IMG/VR virus record: IMGVR_UViG_3300009151_000255
Span: 1 to 30,321 of that record
Direction: 5' to 3' (one strand)
Source of the DNA: a virus
Taxonomy: Duplodnaviria; Caudoviricetes
Length of the DNA: 30,321 nt
Shown: positions 6,971-15,815 of the stretch, piece by piece
Numbering within the stretch: position 1 is the stretch's first letter
Layout: every line of letters begins with the position of its first letter
Made by a program: the position numbers and the translations under genes
Notes under the pieces: model-generated
Databases searched by the model: none
Told to the model about the DNA's origin: nothing
The model's input: only the letters and a program-made list of their open reading frames with translations

Positions 6971-7156
6971 ATGGCGCACGACAACACAGACTTCGTTGTT
7001 GGCGAGCTGCTCAAATTCTATCGAATGTATGAGCGCGATCCGATCTATCAGCGGAAGGTTTTGGAGGGCTGGCAGCAAGAGGCCAAGACAGGCCGCAGTT
7101 ACCGCAAAGCCTACGACCAGGCATACCGGCAGATCATGATGGAGAAGTCGCGTTGA
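6971..7156 (+). CDS. Hypothetical protein
   Basis: 61-aa ORF tightly packed between TerL and the next gene. Confidence 0.6.
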   Translation: MAHDNTDFVVGELLKFYRMYERDPIYQRKVLEGWQQEAKTGRSYRKAYDQAYRQIMMEKSR

Positions 7157-7602
7157 GCGATCAGCCCAATCACCTCACCATGCCGGTCGAGGAAATTCGC
7201 ACCAGAACGATTGCGGCGCTCAAGATTTTTCCAAAAATACAAATCGCAAAGCTGATGAAAGTGCGGTCGCACGATCTGACGTTGTTCGTTCAAGCGAGGC
7301 CGCAGGACGCAGGCCGCAGATTCGGGCCGCTACAGTTGAAGCGCCTTGCAAAAATCTGCCTGCAAATCGAAACCGGAGAGCTGCGGCACAACGGCAAGAT
7401 GGTTGGGCGCGGCAGCAAAATTTGGATTGATAAGCCGATCCGGCCGGCGCTTCCGGTGCACCGCGTTATTTTTGGGCGAGCCGGAACGCATCCCAAGATT
7501 GTGCAAGGCGAAGCGCCGGTCAAGGAAACCATGCCTTCATTCGACAAGCTGTTTTCCAGCAAACCGACCATCGTATTGCCGAAATTGTCCTTTAAGCGTT
7601 AA
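7153..7602 (+). CDS. Hypothetical basic protein, possible N-terminal HTH
   Basis: GGAG RBS, TTG start overlapping the previous stop; the KIQIAKLMKVRSHDLTLF segment is HTH-like. Confidence 0.6.
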   Translation: MSDQPNHLTMPVEEIRTRTIAALKIFPKIQIAKLMKVRSHDLTLFVQARPQDAGRRFGPLQLKRLAKICLQIETGELRHNGKMVGRGSKIWIDKPIRPALPVHRVIFGRAGTHPKIVQGEAPVKETMPSFDKLFSSKPTIVLPKLSFKR

Positions 7603-7625
7603 ATACACACACTCAGGAGGCGTAA

Positions 7626-8072
7626 ATGGCCGTTCTTCACGACTACAATTGCATGGCGCATGGTGTTTTTGAGAGCATGACGGGTAATTGCCCGCATGGT
7701 TGCGGCAAATCTATGGTCGAAATCACCTACATTCAGCCTGCCGGACTGACCTCTTTTCGCACCAAAAACATCGACAAAACCCTCGGAAACCTCGCTTCTG
7801 ACTTCAAATTGACCGACATGAACAATCAAAACGGCACTTCGGCGGTTGTTCGTCCAAATTCAAAGGCCGTGGCGGCGCAAAATCAATTGATGGGAAAGTT
7901 GGGCGATACGCGAAATGCGTGGGGTCAGGTTCCGCAGGGCACTTCGGGCATCAATCAAGCGCTCGCGTCATCAAAGGCAATCCCGGACAACGCATTGCAG
8001 CCCATTCGACCGGCGCTTCAACAACCAAAGCCAATGGTGGTGGGTCGCCATGACGGCGAGATTAAGGCGTAA
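7626..8072 (+). CDS. Zinc-ribbon (FmdB-like) protein
   Basis: AGGAGG RBS; N-terminal DYNCMAHG.FE...CPHGC; typical position between terminase and portal. Confidence 0.7.
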   Translation: MAVLHDYNCMAHGVFESMTGNCPHGCGKSMVEITYIQPAGLTSFRTKNIDKTLGNLASDFKLTDMNNQNGTSAVVRPNSKAVAAQNQLMGKLGDTRNAWGQVPQGTSGINQALASSKAIPDNALQPIRPALQQPKPMVVGRHDGEIKA

Positions 8073-8075
8073 GCA

Positions 8076-9707
8076 ATGAAAATCCCAAAAGACATGCAGC
8101 AGCGCGATATGTTCTACCAAGAGCTGATCGACAAGTGCACAAAATCCCAGGACGACCGCCGGATTGACTACGGCAGCAATCGGCATTTCTTCCTGTTCGG
8201 TCGCGGGCCGGACGAGCCGGAAACGCCATACAACAAAATCTTTCCGCACATCGACATGCTGACTGCGTTTCTGTTTGCGTCCGAGACAACAAAATTCACG
8301 ACGCATTTAGGGCCGCACATTCCAGGCCACGAATACCTGCGCCTCAATGCAATCAACCGCGCCGTCAACGACCAGTGGCTCATGTCAAACGGTGACCAGA
8401 CTTTTGGGCAAGGCTTGATCTGGTCGCTGGTCTACAACACGATGATCTTTAAAATTATCGTTCGCGCCAACGAAAAAGGTTTGCAGGGAATTGATCCGTT
8501 CATTATTGACCCGGGCTCGTTCGGCGTATTGCGGGAGGATATTCCTTACTTGGATCGCCAAGAGGCAATGTGCCATTCCTACTACACAACCAAGTCGCAG
8601 CTGGAAGTGGATTTGGCAAAGCATCCGCAGCGCGAGCAAATTCTTGCCAACCTTGACGCATTTCCGCGCACCAACAAAGAGTCCGATCCGACCGGTGTTG
8701 ATCGCATCATATTGTCCGCATCTACGCCGACGATGCAAGGTAACGCGCAAGTTCCTCTCAACGCGAATGTTGACTACATGCCGAGAGTCGCGGAGGACTT
8801 GGTTGAGATGCAGGAACTTTGGGTGTGGGATACTGATGGCGGCGATTACCGCGTCGTAACAAGAGCCTCAAACTCGGTCACGATTTACGACCGAATGAAT
8901 TTCTTTATCAAGGGCGAGGTGCCGTTTGTTCAGATTTGCCCGAATCCGATGTACTCGTACTTTTGGGGCATGTCAGAAGTCAGCGGCTTGGTGGGCTTGC
9001 AAAAGTGGCGCAATCAGCGCGTTTTGCAGGTCAAGGAATTGCTCGATCTGAATGTTGATCCCCCAACATCGTTGACCGGCTGGATGGGCTTGGTTGACGA
9101 AAAGAATTTTGCATTGAATCGTCCAGGCGGTTTGCTCGTCACGGATTCCATGCAAGGCAAAGTGGATCGCCATAAGCCGGACATTCCCCCCGATCTTTTT
9201 GCCGTCATCCACGAAATTGACGCGATGTTCTCGGAGCGCAGCGGCCTGCAAAACATTATGATGGGCAAAGGCGAGTCCGGAGTTCGCTCTGGCCGGCAGA
9301 CCTCTGAGCTGGCGCGGCTTGGATCGGCTCGAATCAAGAAGCGGGCGCTGGTGGTTGAAGATGCTTTGGAAAAAATCGCTACGCTTTATCTCAAGGTCAT
9401 GCAAAAACACGACACCAACGACTTGAAAGACGCAAAGGGTAATCCGTTTATTCCCTCGCAATTCACGTCAGATTACGTCGTGAAAGTGGATTCGCACAGC
9501 AATTCCCCGCTGTTCTCGGAAGATCACAAACAGTTGGCTGCCGAGCTGCTGGAGGCTCACGCAATCGACCGCGAATCGTTCATTGAAATGATTGACCCGC
9601 CGATGAAAGACCTATTGCTGCGGAAACTAAAGCTGATGGAGGCTGCGGAGCAAAAGGCGAAGCAGGCTGAGGCTCAATCGGAGGCGGCGGGCAATGCTGC
9701 AAAATAA
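8076..9707 (+). CDS. Portal (head-tail connector) protein
   Basis: 543 aa, downstream of TerL; motifs YNKIFPHID, PFVQ...YFWGMSEV..L..LQ, and SG......GKGESGVRSG resemble podovirus portals. Confidence 0.85.
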   Translation: MKIPKDMQQRDMFYQELIDKCTKSQDDRRIDYGSNRHFFLFGRGPDEPETPYNKIFPHIDMLTAFLFASETTKFTTHLGPHIPGHEYLRLNAINRAVNDQWLMSNGDQTFGQGLIWSLVYNTMIFKIIVRANEKGLQGIDPFIIDPGSFGVLREDIPYLDRQEAMCHSYYTTKSQLEVDLAKHPQREQILANLDAFPRTNKESDPTGVDRIILSASTPTMQGNAQVPLNANVDYMPRVAEDLVEMQELWVWDTDGGDYRVVTRASNSVTIYDRMNFFIKGEVPFVQICPNPMYSYFWGMSEVSGLVGLQKWRNQRVLQVKELLDLNVDPPTSLTGWMGLVDEKNFALNRPGGLLVTDSMQGKVDRHKPDIPPDLFAVIHEIDAMFSERSGLQNIMMGKGESGVRSGRQTSELARLGSARIKKRALVVEDALEKIATLYLKVMQKHDTNDLKDAKGNPFIPSQFTSDYVVKVDSHSNSPLFSEDHKQLAAELLEAHAIDRESFIEMIDPPMKDLLLRKLKLMEAAEQKAKQAEAQSEAAGNAAK

Positions 9708-9709
9708 AT

Positions 9710-9738
9710 TTGAAATTGGCAAAAGATTGGTGTAAAAA
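9710..9738 (+). promoter_or_regulatory. Putative sigma70-like promoter ahead of the basic peptides
   Basis: TTGAAA (9710-9715), 17 bp spacer, TAAAAA (9733-9738, imperfect -10); predicted start near 9745. Confidence 0.35.
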
Positions 9739-9745
9739 TTCGCAC

Positions 9746-9779
9746 AGGGTATGGCTGTGTTCCCTTTAAAACGTGGCCG
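9746..9779 (+). ncRNA. Predicted H-type pseudoknot in a 5' leader
   Basis: S1 AGGG 9746-9749 / CCCT 9762-9765; S2 GGCTGTGT 9753-9760 / ACGTGGCC 9771-9778 (three G-U pairs); loops of 3, 1 and 5 nt. Confidence 0.4.
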
Positions 9780-9799
9780 CTTCGACTAAGGAGATGATT

Positions 9800-9844
9800 A
9801 TGGCCCGCCGTTCGCGCCGCGCTAAACGCGCTTCCAAGAAGTAA
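9800..9844 (+). CDS. 14-aa Arg/Lys-rich peptide MARRSRRAKRASKK
   Basis: Strong AAGGAGA RBS at correct spacing; paralog-like twin 108 nt downstream. Confidence 0.7.
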   Translation: MARRSRRAKRASKK

Positions 9845-9907
9845 TCGGATTCGTCCGATGGTTGGGTGCGTCAGCGCCCATTCTCAATCCAAGCCCAGGA
9901 GAAGATT

Positions 9908-9952
9908 ATGGCCCGCAAACACATGCGCGCAAAGCGTAAAAGCAAGCGGTAA
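9908..9952 (+). CDS. 14-aa Arg/Lys-rich peptide MARKHMRAKRKSKR
   Basis: CAGGAGAAGATT before ATG; shares GATTATGGCCCGC with the first peptide gene. Confidence 0.7.
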   Translation: MARKHMRAKRKSKR

Positions 9953-9987
9953 TACCGCCCTCGATGCCCGTCAGCATCGAACATTAT

Positions 9988-10016
9988 TTGACTTTGCTGA
10001 AAAACACGTTTTTAAT
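9988..10016 (+). promoter_or_regulatory. Sigma70-like promoter for head genes
   Basis: TTGACT (9988-9993), 17 bp spacer, TTTAAT (10011-10016). The 10-mer TTTGACTTTG also occurs at 4495 upstream of the HTH gene. Confidence 0.55.
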
Positions 10017-10062
10017 ACAAGCTGTTTATCAGTAAAGTAAGCAATTACTGACGGAGAATCTA

Positions 10063-10695
10063 ATGGCACTCGGATACTTGCAACAGCGTCAAAAAGTCGG
10101 CAACCAAACCGAAGATAACTTCGTCGCCGGCATTGGCGTCAACGGTCAGCTTAACGTGGCTGGCGGGCAGCTTATCTGCTCAAATATCCCCATCGGTTCC
10201 GTCGCGCTTGCTAGCATTGGCACCAATACGACCGATATCGTCCAGTTGTGGACAACCGATATTTTGGTTCCCTACAACCGGATCGTGAAAAACATCAGCA
10301 TCCTGTCGGGCGGCACCGCCACGACGGACAATTGGCTTGCCGCGATTTACGACTCATACGGTCGCTTGATTGCCTCAACCGCTCTGGCCGGTCAGTTGCT
10401 CGCCACCGCGAACACTTGGCAGACCCAACCGCTGGCGCTGGTCTATCCGGCAAGCGGCCTGACCGCGTCAACCGCCGGCCTGTCAGCAACGCAGGTTCAG
10501 CTCTACGGCCCGCAACAGTATTTCATTGCGGTTCAGGGTAGCGGCACAACCGCAGGCGCTTTGCAGACCGTTCCGGCCCCGTATCAGATTTGCGCTTCCG
10601 CGATCACGGCGGCAACTTTCGGAACGATTCCGGCCACGATTACGCCGCCGACTACATTTACGGCAGCCAAAGCCCCAATTGTTTACTTGAGCTAA
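10063..10695 (+). CDS. Putative virion structural/decoration protein
   Basis: 210 aa, Ala/Thr/Gly-rich beta-type composition; GGAG RBS; in the head module. Confidence 0.6.
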   Translation: MALGYLQQRQKVGNQTEDNFVAGIGVNGQLNVAGGQLICSNIPIGSVALASIGTNTTDIVQLWTTDILVPYNRIVKNISILSGGTATTDNWLAAIYDSYGRLIASTALAGQLLATANTWQTQPLALVYPASGLTASTAGLSATQVQLYGPQQYFIAVQGSGTTAGALQTVPAPYQICASAITAATFGTIPATITPPTTFTAAKAPIVYLS

Positions 10696-10702
10696 GACTG
10701 AT

Positions 10703-11302
10703 ATGGCACAAGACATGGGAAATGCTTTGCAGGTGTCGATAGGCTCAAGCCTGCCGACCTACAAGGCCGTCCTGTTTGATGTTGTGCCCTACACTGCCGC
10801 CAGCGATGTTTTAAATATCAGCTTGGCGTCAACGGCAACCGTGGCGCTGCGGGTGACGCGGTGCTATGTGTCGTACGACGCAACCGCCAGCTCGACCTCG
10901 GACGCCTATCTTATTCGGCGCATCACAGCCAATGTGGGCGGCACTCCAACAACTTTCTCGACCACGCAAGCGTCATTTTTGTCTGGATTTGGGGTTGTCA
11001 CGCAGTCCGATACGGCTGACGCGGCCACGGCAGCGACGGTTGTTGGCTATACCGCAGCTCCTTCTACGCTCGGAACCGGTCAAATTATTGATGGCGCACA
11101 CATCACCATTCCGGCGGCGGCAACTCCGTCAGTCTCGGTTTCGTTTTTTGAATTGACCTTCACGACTCGCGGCAGCAAGCCGCCGATCATCCGTCCAGGC
11201 CAATCGATTTCATTGTCTTTGGGGGCCAATACGGTTCCTTCCGGCGCATCTCTTTACGCCTCGATTGAGTGGGTGGAAGTGCCGCTCACGTCGGTATTCT
11301 AG
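10703..11302 (+). CDS. Putative virion structural protein
   Basis: 199 aa, Ala/Thr/Ser-rich, beta-sandwich-like. Confidence 0.55.
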   Translation: MAQDMGNALQVSIGSSLPTYKAVLFDVVPYTAASDVLNISLASTATVALRVTRCYVSYDATASSTSDAYLIRRITANVGGTPTTFSTTQASFLSGFGVVTQSDTADAATAATVVGYTAAPSTLGTGQIIDGAHITIPAAATPSVSVSFFELTFTTRGSKPPIIRPGQSISLSLGANTVPSGASLYASIEWVEVPLTSVF

Positions 11303-11310
11303 GAAAAAAC

Positions 11311-11769
11311 ATGCCAGCTATTGACCCTAAACTTGCGGCCCTTATGGGCAAATCCGGCCCGCCGACCCCTCTCCCTCCGGGCGGGCCGGATGCGAGTCCT
11401 GCCGGCGGTGGCGGGATGGCTCCGGTGAGCGCCCCTATGTCTGGCCCGCAAGAAAACGCCGGAGAAAAACAACAGGCGATGCTCAAGGTTCAGCAGGCAA
11501 TGGATTTGCTCGAACAGGCGTTGCCCGATTTTGGCAGCGAATCCGAGGAAGGCGGCGAGATTCTCAAGACGCTCGGCACCCTCGGTAAGAAATTTGGCGG
11601 CGCAAACCGCGCCCGAAGCAACGAATTGATGCCCGCAGAGTTGATGAATTTGCTGTCGAGCCTTCCGCAAGGTCAGGGTGGGATGAAGCCCATGCCCCCA
11701 AGCGGAGCACCCGGCGGCGCACCGCCCGGAGGCGCGGCACCAATGCCCCCGATGCCCCCAATGGCTTAA
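11311..11769 (+). CDS. Pro/Gly/Met-rich head-module protein
   Basis: AGGA RBS before ATG 11311; low-complexity termini around a helical core. Confidence 0.7.
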   Translation: MPAIDPKLAALMGKSGPPTPLPPGGPDASPAGGGGMAPVSAPMSGPQENAGEKQQAMLKVQQAMDLLEQALPDFGSESEEGGEILKTLGTLGKKFGGANRARSNELMPAELMNLLSSLPQGQGGMKPMPPSGAPGGAPPGGAAPMPPMPPMA

Positions 11770-11781
11770 CAGGAGAAAACC

Positions 11782-11988
11782 ATGTCCGACTATACCGGCG
11801 TTTTTGCCCCCAAATCTTTTTCAATCCGCGACCCGCTCGACAAGAAGCGCCAGCATGGCCGCATCGTCAACCCGCCGCGCCTGAACCAAATGGGCGGTCT
11901 GGATCAGCTCAAAGAGCCGAATGGCCCGTACAAGAACGAAATGACGCTGCAAAAGCCCGGCGGCACGACTTCGGGCGTTCGTAAATAA
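11782..11988 (+). CDS. Hypothetical head-module protein
   Basis: CAGGAG RBS; 68 aa. Confidence 0.7.
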   Translation: MSDYTGVFAPKSFSIRDPLDKKRQHGRIVNPPRLNQMGGLDQLKEPNGPYKNEMTLQKPGGTTSGVRK

Positions 11989-12040
11989 TTTTTCGATCAA
12001 CAGTGTGATTGCTTACTCTTAACCGTCAGGGGAAAACATC

Positions 12041-12571
12041 ATGGCCGTATCACTAGAAGGAATGACGCCAGAAGCGATAGCCGATTTGGCCGCGCTGGCA
12101 AAAGGTTTGACCGACAACCCGAAAACTCGCGGCATGATGCTGCAAGCGATGAAGGTTGCCGACCCAAATCTTTCAATACCCGAACTGGATATTCCAAACC
12201 GAATTTCCAGCTCGGTCAAACCTTATGTGGACAAGATCGAAAGACTTGAACGTGAAGGGCAAGAGCGATCGATGCGCGATATGGTCAGAGAGCGCCGCGA
12301 GAATCTTGTCAAGAACAAGGGGCTGAGTGCTTCTGATGTTGCAGAAGTGGAAAAACTTATGGTTGAAAAAGGTATCAATAACCACGATACCGCTGCCGAG
12401 TTTTTCATTTCGCAGCGCAATTCAGCGCCACCGACACCAAGCAGTTTTTCGCAACCCGCACTACCAAGACCCGATCTTAAAACGATGGGCTTGAACATCA
12501 ACCAATGGTCACGCAATGAGGCTACCAATGCCATTGCAGACCTTATCAAGAATCGCGGTAGGGCCGCGTAA
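12041..12571 (+). CDS. Putative capsid scaffolding protein
   Basis: 176 aa, charged and coiled-coil-like, immediately upstream of the major capsid gene. Confidence 0.65.
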   Translation: MAVSLEGMTPEAIADLAALAKGLTDNPKTRGMMLQAMKVADPNLSIPELDIPNRISSSVKPYVDKIERLEREGQERSMRDMVRERRENLVKNKGLSASDVAEVEKLMVEKGINNHDTAAEFFISQRNSAPPTPSSFSQPALPRPDLKTMGLNINQWSRNEATNAIADLIKNRGRAA

Positions 12572-12583
12572 CAGGAGAACACC

Positions 12584-13591
12584 ATGTCAGTACTTGGCAC
12601 AGGCATCATCCCTTCGGGGAGCATCGCAAACGAGCTGACGGCAGTTACCCGCCGCGCTTTCATTCCGAAACTGGTTGTGCAGTTATACAACTCGACGCCG
12701 CTTTTGGCCGCGCTGATTGCGAACTCACAAACCGCATCGGGCGGTGTATCGTCTGTGTCGGTTCCTGTGCAGGGCGCTTCATTCGTGTCCGGCCAGTGGT
12801 CAGACTATTCGGGCGGGTTCGCGCAGCCCTCCTCGCAGCAAGGTGCCTTCCTCGCGGAATTTAACCTGAAGCTGTTTATTACCCCGATCCCGTTCCTCGG
12901 TATGGAAGGCGCGGTGCAGCTTGACTACGCAATCATCCCGCTGATCGAGGCTCGCATGAACGACGCGACGAACGTCACTTGCGACGTGATGGCGACCGCG
13001 CTCTACAACAACACGACCAATCAGCAAGCGTTTATCGGCCTTCCGGGCGCGATTGACGACGGCACCAACCTGACGACCTACGGCAACATCAATCGCACCT
13101 CGTCACCGTATTGGAAATCGAAGGTTTATGCCGCCGGCTCAGTCAACCCGACCCGTCAAAACGTGCTGCAATACATCAGCGGAACCGTGAAAAACGGCGC
13201 AGAGGTTCCGACCTTTGGCGTGTGCGGCTTCGGCACCTGGACTTTGCTGGCACAAGACTTTGTCGGACAAGAAACCTTCATGATTACGCCGGACAAGGCG
13301 TTCGACAGCGACCCGGATGGCCCGCGCAGCGGCTTCCGCGCCCTGATGGTTGCCGGCGTTCCGATCTTTGCCGATCCGTATTGCCCCGAGGGCACGATGT
13401 ATCTGGTGAACAGCAATTACGCATCGCTCTATTTCCATGAGCAAGCGTCTTTTGCCTTTACCGGTTTTGAGTCAACCCTGTCAAACTGGCAGCTTGGCTA
13501 CGTCGGCGCACTTGTGAACATCGCTGAATTGGTCGTCACCAAGCCGAAAGCGATGACCCGCATTGGTGGTTACAACAGCTTGACGCTGTAA
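12584..13591 (+). CDS. Major capsid protein
   Basis: 335 aa, CAGGAG RBS; motifs ELTAVTRRAFIPKLVVQLY, GLPGAIDDG..TYGNINR..YWKS and GVPIFADPYCPEG; position after the scaffold gene. Confidence 0.85.
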   Translation: MSVLGTGIIPSGSIANELTAVTRRAFIPKLVVQLYNSTPLLAALIANSQTASGGVSSVSVPVQGASFVSGQWSDYSGGFAQPSSQQGAFLAEFNLKLFITPIPFLGMEGAVQLDYAIIPLIEARMNDATNVTCDVMATALYNNTTNQQAFIGLPGAIDDGTNLTTYGNINRTSSPYWKSKVYAAGSVNPTRQNVLQYISGTVKNGAEVPTFGVCGFGTWTLLAQDFVGQETFMITPDKAFDSDPDGPRSGFRALMVAGVPIFADPYCPEGTMYLVNSNYASLYFHEQASFAFTGFESTLSNWQLGYVGALVNIAELVVTKPKAMTRIGGYNSLTL

Positions 13592-13603
13592 AAGGAGAAT
13601 GAC

Positions 13604-14734
13604 ATGGGATTTAATGTAATTGGCTCCGGCCTCAAAACTCTCGCAAACCCGTCGTCGGCTGTGACGCTGCAAAGCGGTCAATACGCCGTTCTGCCGGGCG
13701 GCCAGTACCTCGTTCAGCTCGGCAAATATTCCGCGCTGCAATGGTACGATCCGATTTCGACCACTTGGCGCAATTTCAACGCCATCACCGCCGGATCAAT
13801 CGTTCCGTTTACCTCGGACGGTTACAACTACCGCATCATGAACCTGAGCGGAACTGTTGTCGGCGGCGTGGTTACGACCGGCGGCACCTCTAACGCGGCG
13901 AAAAACGGCATCTGGCTGGCGGGCTCCTCGTCCACCACTGGCGCGACTGCGACCGTTGCGGCTCCGGCTAACGCCCCGACGCAAACGGCTCAAATGAACG
14001 TCATCGTGGGCGGTGCGATCCAGCAAACCATTACCGTTACTGCTGGCGGTTCCGGCTATGTCATCCCTCCGATCATCAGCTTTTCGCCGCCTCCGGCCGG
14101 CGGCCTACTACCGACCGCGTACGCAGTTTTGACCGCCGGCGCAGTTTCCAGCGTTACGGTCGTCGATCAAGGCGCTGGCTACACATCGGCCCCGACCATC
14201 ACTGTGACGCCGGTTTTTGGCGACCCGGGTGTTGGCGCGGTTTTGACTCCGGCTCTCGTTACTTCAACGACCGGCGGTTACGGTCAAGCGGTTGCGGTCA
14301 CCATGTCAAACTACGGCGGCGGCTACGCGACTGTGCCGACGATCACCTGTGCTGGCCTGACCAGCATGGCGGTCACCGCGGTTACTTGCCTCTCGGTCAT
14401 CACCGCGACCACCGTTACGGCGGCCTCGGGCGGCGCTAACGGCTCGCAGTTGACATACGTGGCGCAGCCGACCGCAGCGACGCTGTTCGGCTCGATGAAA
14501 AACCCGTCCTATACGACCAACCTGTTCTCAATGCGGAACGGCTTGGGTGGCTACAACACTTCGGCTACCTATGCGTCGCAAACCATTCTGGACGGCGGCT
14601 TGAGTCAATTGGACGTTTCAAACTTGGCAACCTTCACCCTGGCGTCAACCGGAACGGTTCCTGCGGCAACGACGTTTGCCTCAGGCGCATCCGGCGGCGT
14701 GGCAAGCGATATCAGCTACGTCATTCCTCTGTAA
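13604..14734 (+). CDS. Virion structural protein (capsid decoration or fibre) with G.GY(T/V)..P.IT beta repeats
   Basis: Repeats TVTAGGSGYVIPPIISF, TVVDQGAGYTSAPTITV and TMSNYGGGYATVPTITC; AAGGAG RBS; follows the capsid gene. Confidence 0.7.
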   Translation: MGFNVIGSGLKTLANPSSAVTLQSGQYAVLPGGQYLVQLGKYSALQWYDPISTTWRNFNAITAGSIVPFTSDGYNYRIMNLSGTVVGGVVTTGGTSNAAKNGIWLAGSSSTTGATATVAAPANAPTQTAQMNVIVGGAIQQTITVTAGGSGYVIPPIISFSPPPAGGLLPTAYAVLTAGAVSSVTVVDQGAGYTSAPTITVTPVFGDPGVGAVLTPALVTSTTGGYGQAVAVTMSNYGGGYATVPTITCAGLTSMAVTAVTCLSVITATTVTAASGGANGSQLTYVAQPTAATLFGSMKNPSYTTNLFSMRNGLGGYNTSATYASQTILDGGLSQLDVSNLATFTLASTGTVPAATTFASGASGGVASDISYVIPL

Positions 14735-14760
14735 TCAGCAAGGCAAGGGAGGGCTACCCT

Positions 14761-15165
14761 ATGCTCAAGGTTAAGAACAGAAGCGACGCGGATTTGCAGG
14801 ATCGTTATAACGGAACAGACTACCTCTTTCCAAAGGGGCAGTCTGTTGCCGTAGACGAGGAAGTTGCTCGACATATTTTTGGGTTTGGGGATGCGGATAA
14901 GATTCCCTACCTTTCACGATTGGGCTGGATGCGTAGCAACCAAGAATACGAAATGGGTATGGAGCGCCTCGCCCTTTTTACGTTCTCGGATGCGGGTGAA
15001 ATTGATCCCGACGAAATCCAGCCGCAGGAGCAAGGTTTAGCCCCCTTGCAATTGGGGGCCGACGAGGAAGCCGTGACTGACGGCTCGGTGGAATCGTCGG
15101 TTCCCCTCCCCTCTAAGGGGGCAGGCAAAAAGCGTTCAGTACTTTCACAATTGGCCGGCGCGTGA
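14761..15165 (+). CDS. Hypothetical protein
   Basis: 134 aa, GGAGG RBS; acidic C-terminal tail. Confidence 0.7.
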   Translation: MLKVKNRSDADLQDRYNGTDYLFPKGQSVAVDEEVARHIFGFGDADKIPYLSRLGWMRSNQEYEMGMERLALFTFSDAGEIDPDEIQPQEQGLAPLQLGADEEAVTDGSVESSVPLPSKGAGKKRSVLSQLAGA

Positions 15166-15175
15166 AGTGGCATGA

Positions 15176-15805
15176 ATGACGACTCTCTCAAATTACATCA
15201 CTTCCACGCGCCGTCTGCTGCATGACGCCAATGCGAATTTTTGGTCTGATTCGGAATTAACGGATTACATCAACGCGGGCAGGAATCGCGTCACCTCTGA
15301 TACGGGGTGCAGTAGAGCGCTGCAAAGCTATTCTCTGATACAGGGGCAGGAATCGTACGTTTTCTCGTCGGTTCTTCCTCTCGGCTCGACCACAATTGAC
15401 GTATTAAATCTGACGCTGCTGTGGGGAAACATGCGCGTTCCGATGAACTATATGCCGTTCACAGAATTTAACGCCAAAATGCGCGTGTGGCAGTCGTATC
15501 AGGGGCGTCCGGTGGTATTCACGGTCTACGGTCAGTCCACCGTTTACGTTGGGCCGGTGCCTGACATGGTATACGTTACCGAGTGGGATACCGTCGTCAG
15601 TCCTGCGCCTCTGGTCAATGCGACGGATGTGGATACCATCTTGTTTCCCTATACTGAGCCGGTTACGTATTACGCCGCCTATATGGCAAAATACAAAGAG
15701 CAGTCGTATCAAGAGGCGCAGCTTTTCCACGACGAATATAAGTCAAAAGCGCTCACCGCAATCCGTTCCTCCATGACGCGCAGGCTGCCGAGCGCCTACA
15801 ACTAA
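15176..15805 (+). CDS. Head-tail adaptor / tail tubular protein A-like
   Basis: 209 aa; N-terminal RRLLHD...[12 protein letters not shown] and YVGPVPD..Y motifs typical of podovirus adaptor proteins. Confidence 0.7.
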   Translation: MTTLSNYITSTRRLLHDANANFWSDSELTDYINAGRNRVTSDTGCSRALQSYSLIQGQESYVFSSVLPLGSTTIDVLNLTLLWGNMRVPMNYMPFTEFNAKMRVWQSYQGRPVVFTVYGQSTVYVGPVPDMVYVTEWDTVVSPAPLVNATDVDTILFPYTEPVTYYAAYMAKYKEQSYQEAQLFHDEYKSKALTAIRSSMTRRLPSAYN

Positions 15806-15815
15806 AGGCGCTCAA

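Noticed and set aside
13589-13606. Capsid readthrough or frameshift fusion to the next gene (T7 10B-like)
   Set aside because: In frame, but the stop is TAA, there is no slippery site and the downstream gene has its own strong RBS.
14747-14763. Similar GGGCTA(C/A)CCTATG start context at 14761 and 21401
   Set aside because: Only two short instances, both overlapping RBS sequence; cannot be distinguished from chance.
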